Source: Microbacterium sp. (GTDB lineage Bacteria > Actinomycetota > Actinomycetes > Actinomycetales > Microbacteriaceae). From it: DNA of 50,408 bases. The stretch spans positions 1 to 50,408 of the forward strand of contig JASGDW010000102.1 in the NCBI GenBank assembly GCA_047606965.1, given 5' to 3'. Numbering within the stretch: position 1 is the first letter of the stretch; each line of letters begins with the position of its first letter. Made by a program: the position numbers and the translations under genes. Under the pieces are notes generated by a model that saw nothing but the letters and a program-made list of their open reading frames with translations, searched no databases and was not told where the DNA came from. Positions 9,916 to 18,777 of the stretch are shown piece after piece.

Positions 9916-10868
9916 GTCGGCACCCCCTCTCGAACCCACCTCTCCACCTCCGCCTCATCCGGCATGGCCGTGGAGCACTCGCGCCGGGAGGCGACGATCG
10001 CGCCGGCCGCATTCGCGAACCCGATCGTGCGCTCCAACTCCCAGCCGAGCAGCAGCCCATGGCACAGGGCACCGCCGAAGGCGTCGCCCGCGCCCAGCCC
10101 GTTGACGACCTCGACGGCGTGCGGAGGCACCTCGACGGTCTCCTCGGCGGTCTTGGCGAGCACGCCGCGCGGGCCCTGCTTCACGATCGCCAGCCGGATG
10201 CCACGCTCCAGCAGCGCGTCGGCGGCGCGATGGGGATCGGTCTCGCCGACCGCCACCCCGCACTCCTCGAGATTGCCGACCGCGACCGTCGCCTTCCCCA
10301 GCGCCCGGGAGATCTCGGCGCGCGCCTGAGCGGCCCCGGTCCAGAACTGCGGCCGGTAGTCGAGGTCGAGCACGTTCTCGCGGCCCTCACGCATCGACAG
10401 CGCGGCGTGATGGGTGGCCCGGGACGGCTCCTGACTGAGACCGGTTCCGGTCAGCCACAGCACGCCCGCCGAGCGCACGGCCGCCGGGTCCAGCTGGTCG
10501 GCCGAGATCTCCAGATCGGGAGCCTTCGGCTCCCGATAGAAGTACAGCGGGAAGTGGTCGGGCGGGAAGATCTCGCAGAACGTCACCGGGGTCTTGTATC
10601 GGGGGTCGGTCGAGACCAGCGCCGCATCCACTCCCAGGTCGCCGAGCTCACGCCGCAGATACCTCCCGAACGGGTCGTCGCCGACCCGGGAGACCAGTGC
10701 GACAGAGTGCCCGTAGCGGGCGACCGCGACGGTGACGTTGGCCGCGCTCCCCCCGAGGGACTTGCTGAAGGCGACCACGTCCTCGAGGCCGACCCCGGCC
10801 TGCAGGGGGTAGAGGTCAACGCCGAGCCGGCCCAACGCGACCACCTCGATCGATTGCAGGTGTGACAT
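9912..10868 (-). CDS. iolC: 5-dehydro-2-deoxygluconokinase (PfkB family)
   Basis: GRLGVDLYP, GGSAANV, VGDDPFG, FCEIFPPDHFP, DLDYRP and NGLGAGDAFG. Start ATG 10868. Confidence 0.95.
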   Translation of the reverse strand: MSHLQSIEVVALGRLGVDLYPLQAGVGLEDVVAFSKSLGGSAANVTVAVARYGHSVALVSRVGDDPFGRYLRRELGDLGVDAALVSTDPRYKTPVTFCEIFPPDHFPLYFYREPKAPDLEISADQLDPAAVRSAGVLWLTGTGLSQEPSRATHHAALSMREGRENVLDLDYRPQFWTGAAQARAEISRALGKATVAVGNLEECGVAVGETDPHRAADALLERGIRLAIVKQGPRGVLAKTAEETVEVPPHAVEVVNGLGAGDAFGGALCHGLLLGWELERTIGFANAAGAIVASRRECSTAMPDEAEVERWVREGVPT

Positions 10869-10895
10869 CGCGGGCCCTTCCGAGAAACCTGTATA

Positions 10896-11000
10896 TGTAT
10901 GGACAATATCACAATACTGCGAGGGCGTGCACCCCGCCACACATCCGCGGGCTCACGCCTCGAACGAACAATCTGGTATAGATGTAATATTGTTGCGACA
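10896..11000. promoter_or_regulatory. Divergent iolC/iolR promoter region with two candidate IolR boxes (TGTATGGACA 10896-10905; TGTTGCGACA 10991-11000)
   Basis: AT-rich intergenic region. The 18-mers 10896-10913 (reverse complement TGTGATATTGTCCATACA) and 10983-11000 (TGTAATATTGTTGCGACA) match at 13/18 in inverted orientation. Confidence 0.7.
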
Positions 11001-11013
11001 TTGAGGAGCTGCC

Positions 11014-11781
11014 ATGGCATCCACCTCCGACGACCCGGTGTGGCCGGATCGCCTCTTCGAAGACCTCGACCGCACGGGCCCCGTGCCCCTGTACTTCCAG
11101 GTGTCCACCCGGCTCGAATCCGCCATCCGCGACGGCGTGCTGCCCGCGGGTGCGCGCCTGGAGAACGAGATCGCCATCGGCCATCGGCTCGGCCTCTCCC
11201 GCCCCACGGTGCGGCGCGCCATCCAGGAGCTCGTGGACAAGGGCCTGCTCGTGCGGCGACGGGGCGTCGGCACCCAGGTCGTGCACGGTCAGATCACCCG
11301 TCCGGTCGCATTGACCAGCCTTCAGGACGATCTGGAGGACATCCATCAGCACCCGACGACGGAGGTCCTCGCGCACGAGGTGGTCCCGGCCCCCGAGGCC
11401 GTCGCCCAGCGTCTGGGCGTCGCGTCCGGAGCGGCCGTGCTGCGGCTCCGGCGCCTGCGCAGCAGCGACGGATCCCCTCTGGCGATTCTGGAGAACTTCG
11501 TCCCGGAGGAGTTCTCCGACATCACGCCGGAGCAGCTCGCCGAGCGTGGGCTCTACCAGATCCTGCGCGCGCGGGGGGTGACCATGCGCGTCGCCAACCA
11601 GCGCATCGGCGCACGGCATGCCCACGGCGACGAGGCCAGACTGCTCCGACTCGACCGGAACGCGGCCGTGCTGGTCATGGAACGCGTCGCCTACGACGCG
11701 GGCGGACGGGCCGTCGAATGGGGCTCGCACTGCTACCGGCCCGACATGTACTCGTTCGAGACGACGCTGGTGGCCAAGTAG
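11014..11781 (+). CDS. iolR: GntR-family (HutC/UTRA) regulator, IolR-type repressor
   Basis: N-terminal wHTH (VPLYFQ...LSRPTVRRAIQELVDKGLLVRRRGVGT) plus a UTRA C-domain; divergent from iolC; GAGGAG SD. Confidence 0.85.
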   Translation: MASTSDDPVWPDRLFEDLDRTGPVPLYFQVSTRLESAIRDGVLPAGARLENEIAIGHRLGLSRPTVRRAIQELVDKGLLVRRRGVGTQVVHGQITRPVALTSLQDDLEDIHQHPTTEVLAHEVVPAPEAVAQRLGVASGAAVLRLRRLRSSDGSPLAILENFVPEEFSDITPEQLAERGLYQILRARGVTMRVANQRIGARHAHGDEARLLRLDRNAAVLVMERVAYDAGGRAVEWGSHCYRPDMYSFETTLVAK

Positions 11782-11814
11782 GAGGCCGGGCGGATGCGGG
11801 CGGGCGCCCACCCC

Positions 11815-13269
11815 CTAGCTTGCCGACCGCACGTGCGCGAGGTACAGCGCACGGAACGACTCGGTCGGCGACGCACCCGTCTCCTCCCCGTACCGCCGCA
11901 CGGTCTCGAAGGTCCCGTCGTACCGCTCCCGGGGCAAAGCCCCCTCCGCGAAGAAGGTGCGCCAGTCCCCGTGCACCTGATCGCGCAGCGCGAGCGGCGG
12001 CTGCGGCCCGGTCATGTCGACGACCGCCTCGGCGTCGAGCAGGTCGAACACGAACGGGATGTCGAGGTTGTGATACGCGCCGGGCACGCCGTCGAACGCC
12101 TTCGTGCGCCAGCCGAACTCATAGGCCCAGGCGTCCAGACCCTCCGCACGCGCGTCGGCGAGCCACTCCAGGATCGGCGACACGAAGAACGACTGCTCGC
12201 TGAGCTTGCGCACCACGGTGCCCGCGGCAAGCGACGACGCGGCCGTACGCACAGCCGCCAGCGCCCGCGCGCCGTCGATGCCGCGCTGCTCGATCGCCGC
12301 CACCGCCTCGGCGTCCGTCAGTTCGGGGTCCGGCCAGCCGAACAACCCGAACTCGTCCGAGGTGAAGCCCGCCAGCAACGGCACCCTCGAGGCGAAGCGG
12401 TCGGCCCGCGCCCGCGTGCCATGCCAGGGCACGAACTCCGGCTCCGCGACGACCCCCAGGGTGTACGGCGCGGGAGTCAGCGCGGCGCCGGCGTTGCCCG
12501 TGAGCTGCACGCCCGCGGCCAGAAGCCGTTCCGGCTCGACCCGCGCCAGCCCTGCCGCGCTCAGCGGCACCTCGCACAGCGCGGCCAACGCCCGTGCGGT
12601 GGCCTCGCCCTCCTCGCGCGCCCCGGGGAACCCCAGGGGACCGCTCTGGTTGACCGCGGCATGGAACAGGCCTCGCGCGGACGGGGTCGCCACGAGACTC
12701 GCGACGCTCATCCCGCCGGCCGACTGGCCGAAGATCGTCACCCGGCCGGGGTCACCCCCGAAGTCGGCGATGTTCTCGCGCACCCACTCCAGCGCGTGCA
12801 CCTGGTCGTGCAGTCCACGGTTGACCGACCCTTCGACCGGGAGGAAGCCCTCGACGCCGACCCGGTAGTTGATCGTGACGAGCACGACGCCGTTGCGGGC
12901 GAAACCGGTTCCGTCGTACAGCGGCAAGGCGGCATTGCCCTCCTTGAACGCCCCGCCGTAGATCCACACGGCCACCGGGGCGGCACCTGCGCGGCCGGGT
13001 GTCCACACGTTCACGCTCAGCACGTCGTCGCCCTTGATCCACCCCGGCGAGGCCAGCCGACCGTGCAGCGGGTTGTCGACCTCCGGCTGCGGCGACGTGG
13101 GGCCAGGGCGCGTGGCGTCGCGCACCCCCGTCCAGGGTCGGCGTGGCTCGGCCTCGCGGAAACGGGCCCCGCCGCGCAACGGGGCCGCGTACGGCACGTT
13201 GAGGTAGCGCTCCGCGCCGCCGAGGTCCACTCCCTCCAGGCGCCCCAGCTTCGACGTCATGACGACCAT
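11815..13269 (-). CDS. Type-B carboxylesterase (PnbA-like), cytoplasmic
   Basis: Oxyanion motif WIYGGAF, NYRVG, nucleophile GQSAGG, acid FTSDEF and His AYHNLDIPFVF. Start ATG 13269 behind AGGAG; no signal peptide. Confidence 0.9.
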   Translation of the reverse strand: MVVMTSKLGRLEGVDLGGAERYLNVPYAAPLRGGARFREAEPRRPWTGVRDATRPGPTSPQPEVDNPLHGRLASPGWIKGDDVLSVNVWTPGRAGAAPVAVWIYGGAFKEGNAALPLYDGTGFARNGVVLVTINYRVGVEGFLPVEGSVNRGLHDQVHALEWVRENIADFGGDPGRVTIFGQSAGGMSVASLVATPSARGLFHAAVNQSGPLGFPGAREEGEATARALAALCEVPLSAAGLARVEPERLLAAGVQLTGNAGAALTPAPYTLGVVAEPEFVPWHGTRARADRFASRVPLLAGFTSDEFGLFGWPDPELTDAEAVAAIEQRGIDGARALAAVRTAASSLAAGTVVRKLSEQSFFVSPILEWLADARAEGLDAWAYEFGWRTKAFDGVPGAYHNLDIPFVFDLLDAEAVVDMTGPQPPLALRDQVHGDWRTFFAEGALPRERYDGTFETVRRYGEETGASPTESFRALYLAHVRSAS

Positions 13270-13300
13270 TCGTGTTCTCCTATCTCTTGCCGCTGCGCTC

Positions 13301-14137
13301 TCACGCGTCGCCCTGGGCCAGCAGCTTCCGTCGCTGCTCCCGCCGCTCACGCTGGCGCGCGGGGTGCGCGACCGGCGAGGCCATCAGCAGCCTCTGCGTG
13401 TACGGATGCCGTGGTCGGGCGGTGACCTGATCGGTGTCGCCGTTCTCCACGATCTCACCCCGGTACATGACCGCGACCCGATGGCTGATGTGTCGGACCA
13501 CCGTGAGGTCGTGGGACACGAACAGGTAGGCCACACCGGTCTCGCGCTGGATGTCGATGAACAGGTCCAGCACCCGCGCCTGGGTGGTCAGATCCAGCGC
13601 GCTCACCGGCTCGTCGCACACGATCAGCCGAGGACGCAGGGCCAATGCGCGGGCGATCGCGATGCGCTGGCGCTGCCCGCCCGAGAACTCACGAGGGTAG
13701 CGGTTCACCGAGTCGGCCGGGAGCCCGACCTGGTCGACCAGCTCGGCCACCCGCCGGCGGGCGTCGGCGCGGCTCGCGCCCTGGGCGATCAACGGCTCGG
13801 CCAGCGTGTCGCCGATCAGCAGCACGGGGTTGAGCGAGCCGTAGGGGTCTTGGAAGACGACCTGGATCGATGCGGCGAGCTCGCGCCGTTCCGGCGAGCT
13901 CGGGTGCGAGATGTCCCGCCCGTCGAAGCGGATGGAGCCGCCGCTGACCGGGGCCAGGCCCAGCACCGCGCGGCCCAGCGTCGTCTTGCCTGATCCGGAC
14001 TCACCCACCAGTCCCAGCGTCTCACCGGGGCGGACGTCGATGTCGACGCCCTTGAGGACGTGGAAGGGCTTCTTGCCACCCCTGCCCGGGTAGACCACAT
14101 CCAGGGAGGAGACCTCCAGCAGCGTCGCGTCAGGCAT
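13301..14137 (-). CDS. Dpp/Opp-type ABC transporter ATP-binding protein (OppF-like)
   Basis: GESGSGKT, FSGGQRQR, CDEPVSALD and HPYT. Confidence 0.92.
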   Translation of the reverse strand: MPDATLLEVSSLDVVYPGRGGKKPFHVLKGVDIDVRPGETLGLVGESGSGKTTLGRAVLGLAPVSGGSIRFDGRDISHPSSPERRELAASIQVVFQDPYGSLNPVLLIGDTLAEPLIAQGASRADARRRVAELVDQVGLPADSVNRYPREFSGGQRQRIAIARALALRPRLIVCDEPVSALDLTTQARVLDLFIDIQRETGVAYLFVSHDLTVVRHISHRVAVMYRGEIVENGDTDQVTARPRHPYTQRLLMASPVAHPARQRERREQRRKLLAQGDA

Positions 14138-15923
14138 CGTCGACCTCCTCAGATCCGAGCCGCTCGCGGAGGGTGGCCTCCTCGAGCGTGCTCGAGAGCA
14201 GCAGCTTCGTGTAGTCGTGCGCGGGGGCGTCGAACAGGTCCTCCGCCGCGGCGAGCTCGACGATCCGGCCGTCCTTCATGACGGCCACACGGTCGCAGAG
14301 GTCGGCGACGACGCCGAAGTTGTGCGTGACCAGCAGCAGCCCCATCCGTCGCTCCCGCTGGACCGCGCGCAGCAGATCGAGGATCTCGGCCTGCACCGTC
14401 ACATCCAGCGCGGTCGTCGGCTCGTCCGCGATCAGCAGCCTCGGATCGCCCGCGAGGGCGATCGCGATCGCGACCCGCTGCGCCATTCCGCCGGAGATCT
14501 CGAAGGGATAGGAGCGCGCGACCTTCTCGGGATCGTCGATGCGCACCTGCGCCAGCAGCTCCTGGGCGCGACGACGGACCGCGGCGCCGCGCAGCGGGGT
14601 GTGGCGGCGGATCGCCTCCGCCAGCTGGTTGCCGACCGTGTAGAGGGGGTCGAGGGCGACCATCGGCTCCTGGGAGATCAGCGCGACCGTGCGGCCGCGC
14701 AACGCATCCCGCTCGCGCCGGGACATCGAGGAGACCGGCCGGCCGTCGATCTCGATCGTGCCGCCGAGCACCTGGCCGCCCTTGGAGAGGAGGCCGAGCA
14801 GCGCCATGCTCGTGGTGGTCTTCCCGCATCCGGACTCGCCCACCAGGCCCAGCGTCTCCTGAGCGCCGACCTCGAACGAGACGTCGCTGACCACCTCGAC
14901 GTAGCCGCTGTCGGCGGAGGCCGAGGGATACCCCACGGTCAGACCGTGCACCCGCACGATCGGGTCGTCGAGCGCGAACTGCGCCGGCGCGGCCTCCGGC
15001 CGCGGCATCGGCCGTGCACCCCGCCGCGGCCGGGCCACGAGCGAACCGTCCCATTTCTCCGTGATGGCGTCGCGCAGGCCGTCGCCGAGCAGGATGAAGG
15101 CGACGACCGTGAGGGTGAGCACGACCGCAGGGGGCACGATGATCCACGGCTGACGCTGCAGATAGGTGTTCCCGTCGGCGATCATGCTGCCCAGCGACGG
15201 CTCGGGCGGGGTGACGCCCAGGCCGAGGAAGTTCAGCCCCGCGGCGACCCCGAGCGAGCCCGCGGCGATCAGCGCGAGGTTGATCACGATCGGGCCGCTC
15301 ACCCGCGGCAGCACGTGCCGACGTACGATCGCGAGCGTGCGCAGCCCGGAGACCCGCGCCGCATCGATGTACGGCTCCTCGCTGACGGCGATGGCGGCCG
15401 AACGCACGACCCGGGTGACCGAGGGCGATGCCAGCAGACCGAAGACCACCATGACCGAGGTCATGCTCTGTCCGAAGAAGGCGAGCACCATCAGGAGCAC
15501 CGCGATGGAGGGGATCGCCATCACGATCTCGCCGACGCGCACGAGCGCCGAGTCGAACCAGTTGCGCGCATAGGCGGCGTAGACGGCGACCGGGACGGCG
15601 ACCACGAGGGTCGTGGTGACCGCGATGAGCGCGTTCAGCAGCGCCGGGCCCGCGGAGAACATGAGCCTGGTGAGGATGTCGCGGCCGAGGTTGTCGGTTC
15701 CCAGCCAATGCTGCGCAGAGGGCAGCTGGTAGATCGCGGCCAGATCGCTCGCGACCGGGTCGTAGGGCGCGGCCCACGGCGCGGTCGTGGCCGCGACCAC
15801 CAGCAGCAGGACGTAACCGGCGGCGCCGGCCGCCAGCGGCTTGGCGAGCAGCCTGCGCAGCAGACCGCGGGAGGTGCGGCGCCGCGGCACGGGCACCCGC
15901 ACCGTGATTGTCGAGTCGCTCAT
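14130..15923 (-). CDS. Fused Dpp/Opp permease (DppC-like) + ATPase (DppD-like)
   Basis: N-half HWLGTDNLGRD and an EAA-like loop YIDAARVSG; C-half GESGCGKT, ISGGMAQR and ADEPTTALD. ATG 15923 overlaps the upstream permease stop (ATGA). Confidence 0.9.
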   Translation of the reverse strand: MSDSTITVRVPVPRRRTSRGLLRRLLAKPLAAGAAGYVLLLVVAATTAPWAAPYDPVASDLAAIYQLPSAQHWLGTDNLGRDILTRLMFSAGPALLNALIAVTTTLVVAVPVAVYAAYARNWFDSALVRVGEIVMAIPSIAVLLMVLAFFGQSMTSVMVVFGLLASPSVTRVVRSAAIAVSEEPYIDAARVSGLRTLAIVRRHVLPRVSGPIVINLALIAAGSLGVAAGLNFLGLGVTPPEPSLGSMIADGNTYLQRQPWIIVPPAVVLTLTVVAFILLGDGLRDAITEKWDGSLVARPRRGARPMPRPEAAPAQFALDDPIVRVHGLTVGYPSASADSGYVEVVSDVSFEVGAQETLGLVGESGCGKTTTSMALLGLLSKGGQVLGGTIEIDGRPVSSMSRRERDALRGRTVALISQEPMVALDPLYTVGNQLAEAIRRHTPLRGAAVRRRAQELLAQVRIDDPEKVARSYPFEISGGMAQRVAIAIALAGDPRLLIADEPTTALDVTVQAEILDLLRAVQRERRMGLLLVTHNFGVVADLCDRVAVMKDGRIVELAAAEDLFDAPAHDYTKLLLSSTLEEATLRERLGSEEVDDA

Positions 15924-16861
15924 GCGTGCCTCACTCGGGGGTTGAGGACCCCGTAGACGATGTCCAGGAGAAGGTTGACGCCGATGACGATCAGCGTGAA
16001 GTAGACGGCGACCCCCTGCATGACCGGGATGTCGTGGCCGAAGGTCGCGGTGATGGCGAGCGAACCGAGCCCGGGCAGTCCGAAGATCTGCTCGAGGACG
16101 ACCGCGGAGGTCAGCGACGCCACGATGCTCAGTCCCACGGTGGTCACCACCGGCAGCGACGCGTTGCGGAGGGCGTGCTTGAGGATGATCGAGGCGTTCG
16201 ACATGCCGTTGGCGCGGAGGTTGCGCACGAAGTCGCGCTGCAGCACGTCCTTCATCCCCTCCCTGGTGAGCTTGGCCACCGAGGTCAGGTTCGCGAACGC
16301 GAGGGCGACGACCGGCAACGTCAACGCCGCGAGCCAGGCACCGATCCCCTTCTCGGGGCCGACGTAGCCGTTGGCGGGGAACCATCCGAGGCCGACCGCG
16401 AATGCGGCGACCAGGAGGATGGCGACGATGAAGCCCGGGATCGCGGCTCCCAGCACCGACAGCACGTCGGACACGATGCGCGCGAGACGACCGCCGAGAC
16501 TGGAGAGCAGCCCGAAGCCGATGCCGGCGATCAGCGCCAACACCGTCGCGAGGGCGATGAGCGAGACGGTGACGCCCAGGCGGCCGTTCAACGCGGCGAC
16601 GACCGATTCGTTGTTGCGGAACGAGGTGCCGAGATCGCCCTGCACCGCGCCGCTGAGCCAGTGCCAGTACTGCACGAGCACGGGCTGGTCCAGGCGCAAC
16701 GAGACGCGCAGCTGCTCCACCTGCTCGGGGGTGGCGTTCAGGCCCGCGAGCACCTGCGCGGCATCGCCGGGAAGCAGCGACTGCAGGACGAACACGAGCA
16801 ACGAGACGACCAGCAGCAGGGGCACCGCCCACAGCAGCCGCGTCAGGACGAGACGGATCAT
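15920..16861 (-). CDS. Dpp/Opp-type ABC permease (DppB-like)
   Basis: PGDAA, QYWHWL...GDLGTS, KHALRNA, EQIFGLPGLG and YGVLNPRVR. Confidence 0.92.
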   Translation of the reverse strand: MIRLVLTRLLWAVPLLLVVSLLVFVLQSLLPGDAAQVLAGLNATPEQVEQLRVSLRLDQPVLVQYWHWLSGAVQGDLGTSFRNNESVVAALNGRLGVTVSLIALATVLALIAGIGFGLLSSLGGRLARIVSDVLSVLGAAIPGFIVAILLVAAFAVGLGWFPANGYVGPEKGIGAWLAALTLPVVALAFANLTSVAKLTREGMKDVLQRDFVRNLRANGMSNASIILKHALRNASLPVVTTVGLSIVASLTSAVVLEQIFGLPGLGSLAITATFGHDIPVMQGVAVYFTLIVIGVNLLLDIVYGVLNPRVRHA

Positions 16862-16873
16862 GGATGCTCCTTC

Positions 16874-16905
16874 GACGGGCCGGCCGCCCTCGCGGCCGGC
16901 CCGTC
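16874..16905. terminator. 14-bp GC hairpin between the SBP and permease genes (mRNA-stabilising or partial terminator)
   Basis: GACGGGCCGGCCGC-CCTC-GCGGCCGGCCCGTC is a perfect inverted repeat. It has no U-tract and abuts the permease SD. Confidence 0.6.
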
Positions 16906-16911
16906 AGACGA

Positions 16912-18480
16912 TCACTCGGAGGTGGACTCGACGGTGAACAGGGCGGGGTCGGGGTCGAGATATGTCCCGTTGACCTCGACGCCCTCGAGACCCGGCCGGG
17001 CGATCACGATCTTGTCCATGTGCGCGAACGGCACGAACCAGGCCAGCTCGGCCAGGCGCTCCTGCAACGCGACGTAGTCCTGCTGCCGGGCTGCCGGGTC
17101 GGCCTCCGCCGCCCCCGCCGCGAACAGTTCGTCGATCGTCGGGTCGCTGACGCCCTCGGGGTTGGCCCAGCCCAGGAACCAGTCCTCGCCGTTGACCTGC
17201 ATGGGGTTCAGCCCGTAGAACATCATGATCACCGGGGCGCTGCCGAGCTGGGTCGCGAAGTCGGCGAAGTCGATGGGGATCACGATGTTGGCGGTGACCC
17301 CGATCTTGGCCCATTCGCTGGCCAGCGCCTGGGCGGCGTCGGTCACGCCCAGCTGCAGGTTGAAGGCGACCAGGTCGAAGCTGAAGCCGTCCGGGTAGCC
17401 CGCCTCGGCCAGCAACTCCTCGGCTTTGTCCGGGTCGTAGGTGTACGTGCCCTCGAGCGAGGCGTCGTAGGAGTCGAACCCGGCGATCGAGGCGACGTCC
17501 GACGCGCTGCCGTACTCGCCGTAGAGAGCGGTGGCGACCGCATCGCGGTCGATGGCGTAGTTCAACGCCTGTCGCACACGCTCGTCGCCCAGAGCCGGGA
17601 CGATCTCGCCGGCGCGGTCGAGGATCATCGCCATGTTGACCATGTTCGGCGCGGTGTACACCTCGAAACCGGACTGCGCGGCGGCGTCGGCGGTGTTGGG
17701 CGTGCCGATGATGTAGTCGACCTCTCCGGCCTGCATCGCCTGGAGCTGCGCGTTCGGGTCGGTGATGATCTTGACCACGACCTTGTCGAACTGGATGCTG
17801 TCGGGGTCGAAGTAGTACTCGTTCGGGACGAAGGTGTACACCTGGCCGGTGACCGTGGCACCGGCGTCGATCACGTACTTTCCCGCACCGTCGGTCGTGG
17901 TTCCGAGCGCGGCGGGGTCGGCCAGGCCCGAAGGGCCGATGATCGAGCCGGTCATGGAGCGCTGGGAGAGGATGTACTCCATCGTCGGGGTCGGGGTGGC
18001 CAGCGTGATCCTCAGGCTGAGCGGGCCCGTGACCTCTATGGAGGTCATGTTCTGCACGCGGGAGGCGAAGGCGCTTCCCGCGTGTCCGTAGTATTCGAGG
18101 CTCGCCTTGACCGCTTCGGCGGTCACCGCCGACCCGTCGCTGAAGCGCGCGTCGTCTCGCAGGGTCATCTCGAACACGGTGTTGCCGTCGCCGACGTAGC
18201 CCCATTCGGTGGCCAGCCCCGGCCCGAAGCTGCCGTCGGGCATGAGGGTGATCAACGGCTCGTAGGCGAGCGAGGTCACGATCTGGAGCGGGTCGCCGTT
18301 GCCGTTGAGGGCGGGGTCGAGGGTGTCGGGCGTGGTCTGGATGGCGATGTTCAGGGTGTCGGGATCCTGCGCGGTCGCCGTGGCGGTCCCCCCGCCGCCC
18401 GCGCATGCCGTGAGGAGGAGCGCGAGTGCGACGACGGCTCCCCCGCCCCTCCGCATCCGTGCTGATCTGCGGTGATTCAT
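16912..18480 (-). CDS. Family-5 ABC substrate-binding lipoprotein
   Basis: Basic N-terminus, hydrophobic stretch and lipobox LTAC; TLDP, YEPL...PGLAT, FSDG, VRQALNYAIDR and YDPDKAEELLAEAGYP. Start may be 18480 or 18504. Confidence 0.92.
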   Translation of the reverse strand: MNHRRSARMRRGGGAVVALALLLTACAGGGGTATATAQDPDTLNIAIQTTPDTLDPALNGNGDPLQIVTSLAYEPLITLMPDGSFGPGLATEWGYVGDGNTVFEMTLRDDARFSDGSAVTAEAVKASLEYYGHAGSAFASRVQNMTSIEVTGPLSLRITLATPTPTMEYILSQRSMTGSIIGPSGLADPAALGTTTDGAGKYVIDAGATVTGQVYTFVPNEYYFDPDSIQFDKVVVKIITDPNAQLQAMQAGEVDYIIGTPNTADAAAQSGFEVYTAPNMVNMAMILDRAGEIVPALGDERVRQALNYAIDRDAVATALYGEYGSASDVASIAGFDSYDASLEGTYTYDPDKAEELLAEAGYPDGFSFDLVAFNLQLGVTDAAQALASEWAKIGVTANIVIPIDFADFATQLGSAPVIMMFYGLNPMQVNGEDWFLGWANPEGVSDPTIDELFAAGAAEADPAARQQDYVALQERLAELAWFVPFAHMDKIVIARPGLEGVEVNGTYLDPDPALFTVESTSE

Positions 18481-18580
18481 CCGTGTACCTGTCTTCCTTG
18501 ACAAGGGCGTGCGCTGATGCGCGGACCCGGCACCGGTGATTCTGATCGATCTCAGAGACTATGTCAACCTAACGTAGTAA

Positions 18581-18590
18581 TGTCCGAACA
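18581..18590. promoter_or_regulatory. Candidate IolR box TGTCCGAACA upstream of the ABC/esterase operon
   Basis: TGT-N4-ACA with A flanks in an AT-rich patch about 100 nt upstream of the SBP start. It is followed by AATATC, as the 10896 box is. Confidence 0.55.
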
Positions 18591-18777
18591 AATATCGCGG
18601 ATTCACGAGCCCTCCCGACGAGCGCGTCCCGGCCCTGGACCGAGCACGTCGTCGGCGAGCCGTAACGACCGTCTGCGCCCGGATGCTGCCGCGCGAGCGC
18701 GCATCGGGTCGATGAGCGGGATCGCCGACGACCGGCGCGGGACCTGGAAGCCCCCGATCTGCCCGGGGGCTTCCGCG

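Noticed and set aside
18600-18777. Intergenic stretch between the HSL hydrolase stop and the ABC promoter, considered as an sRNA, riboswitch or gene relic
   Set aside because: No recognisable motif, convincing ORF or strong stem found by eye.
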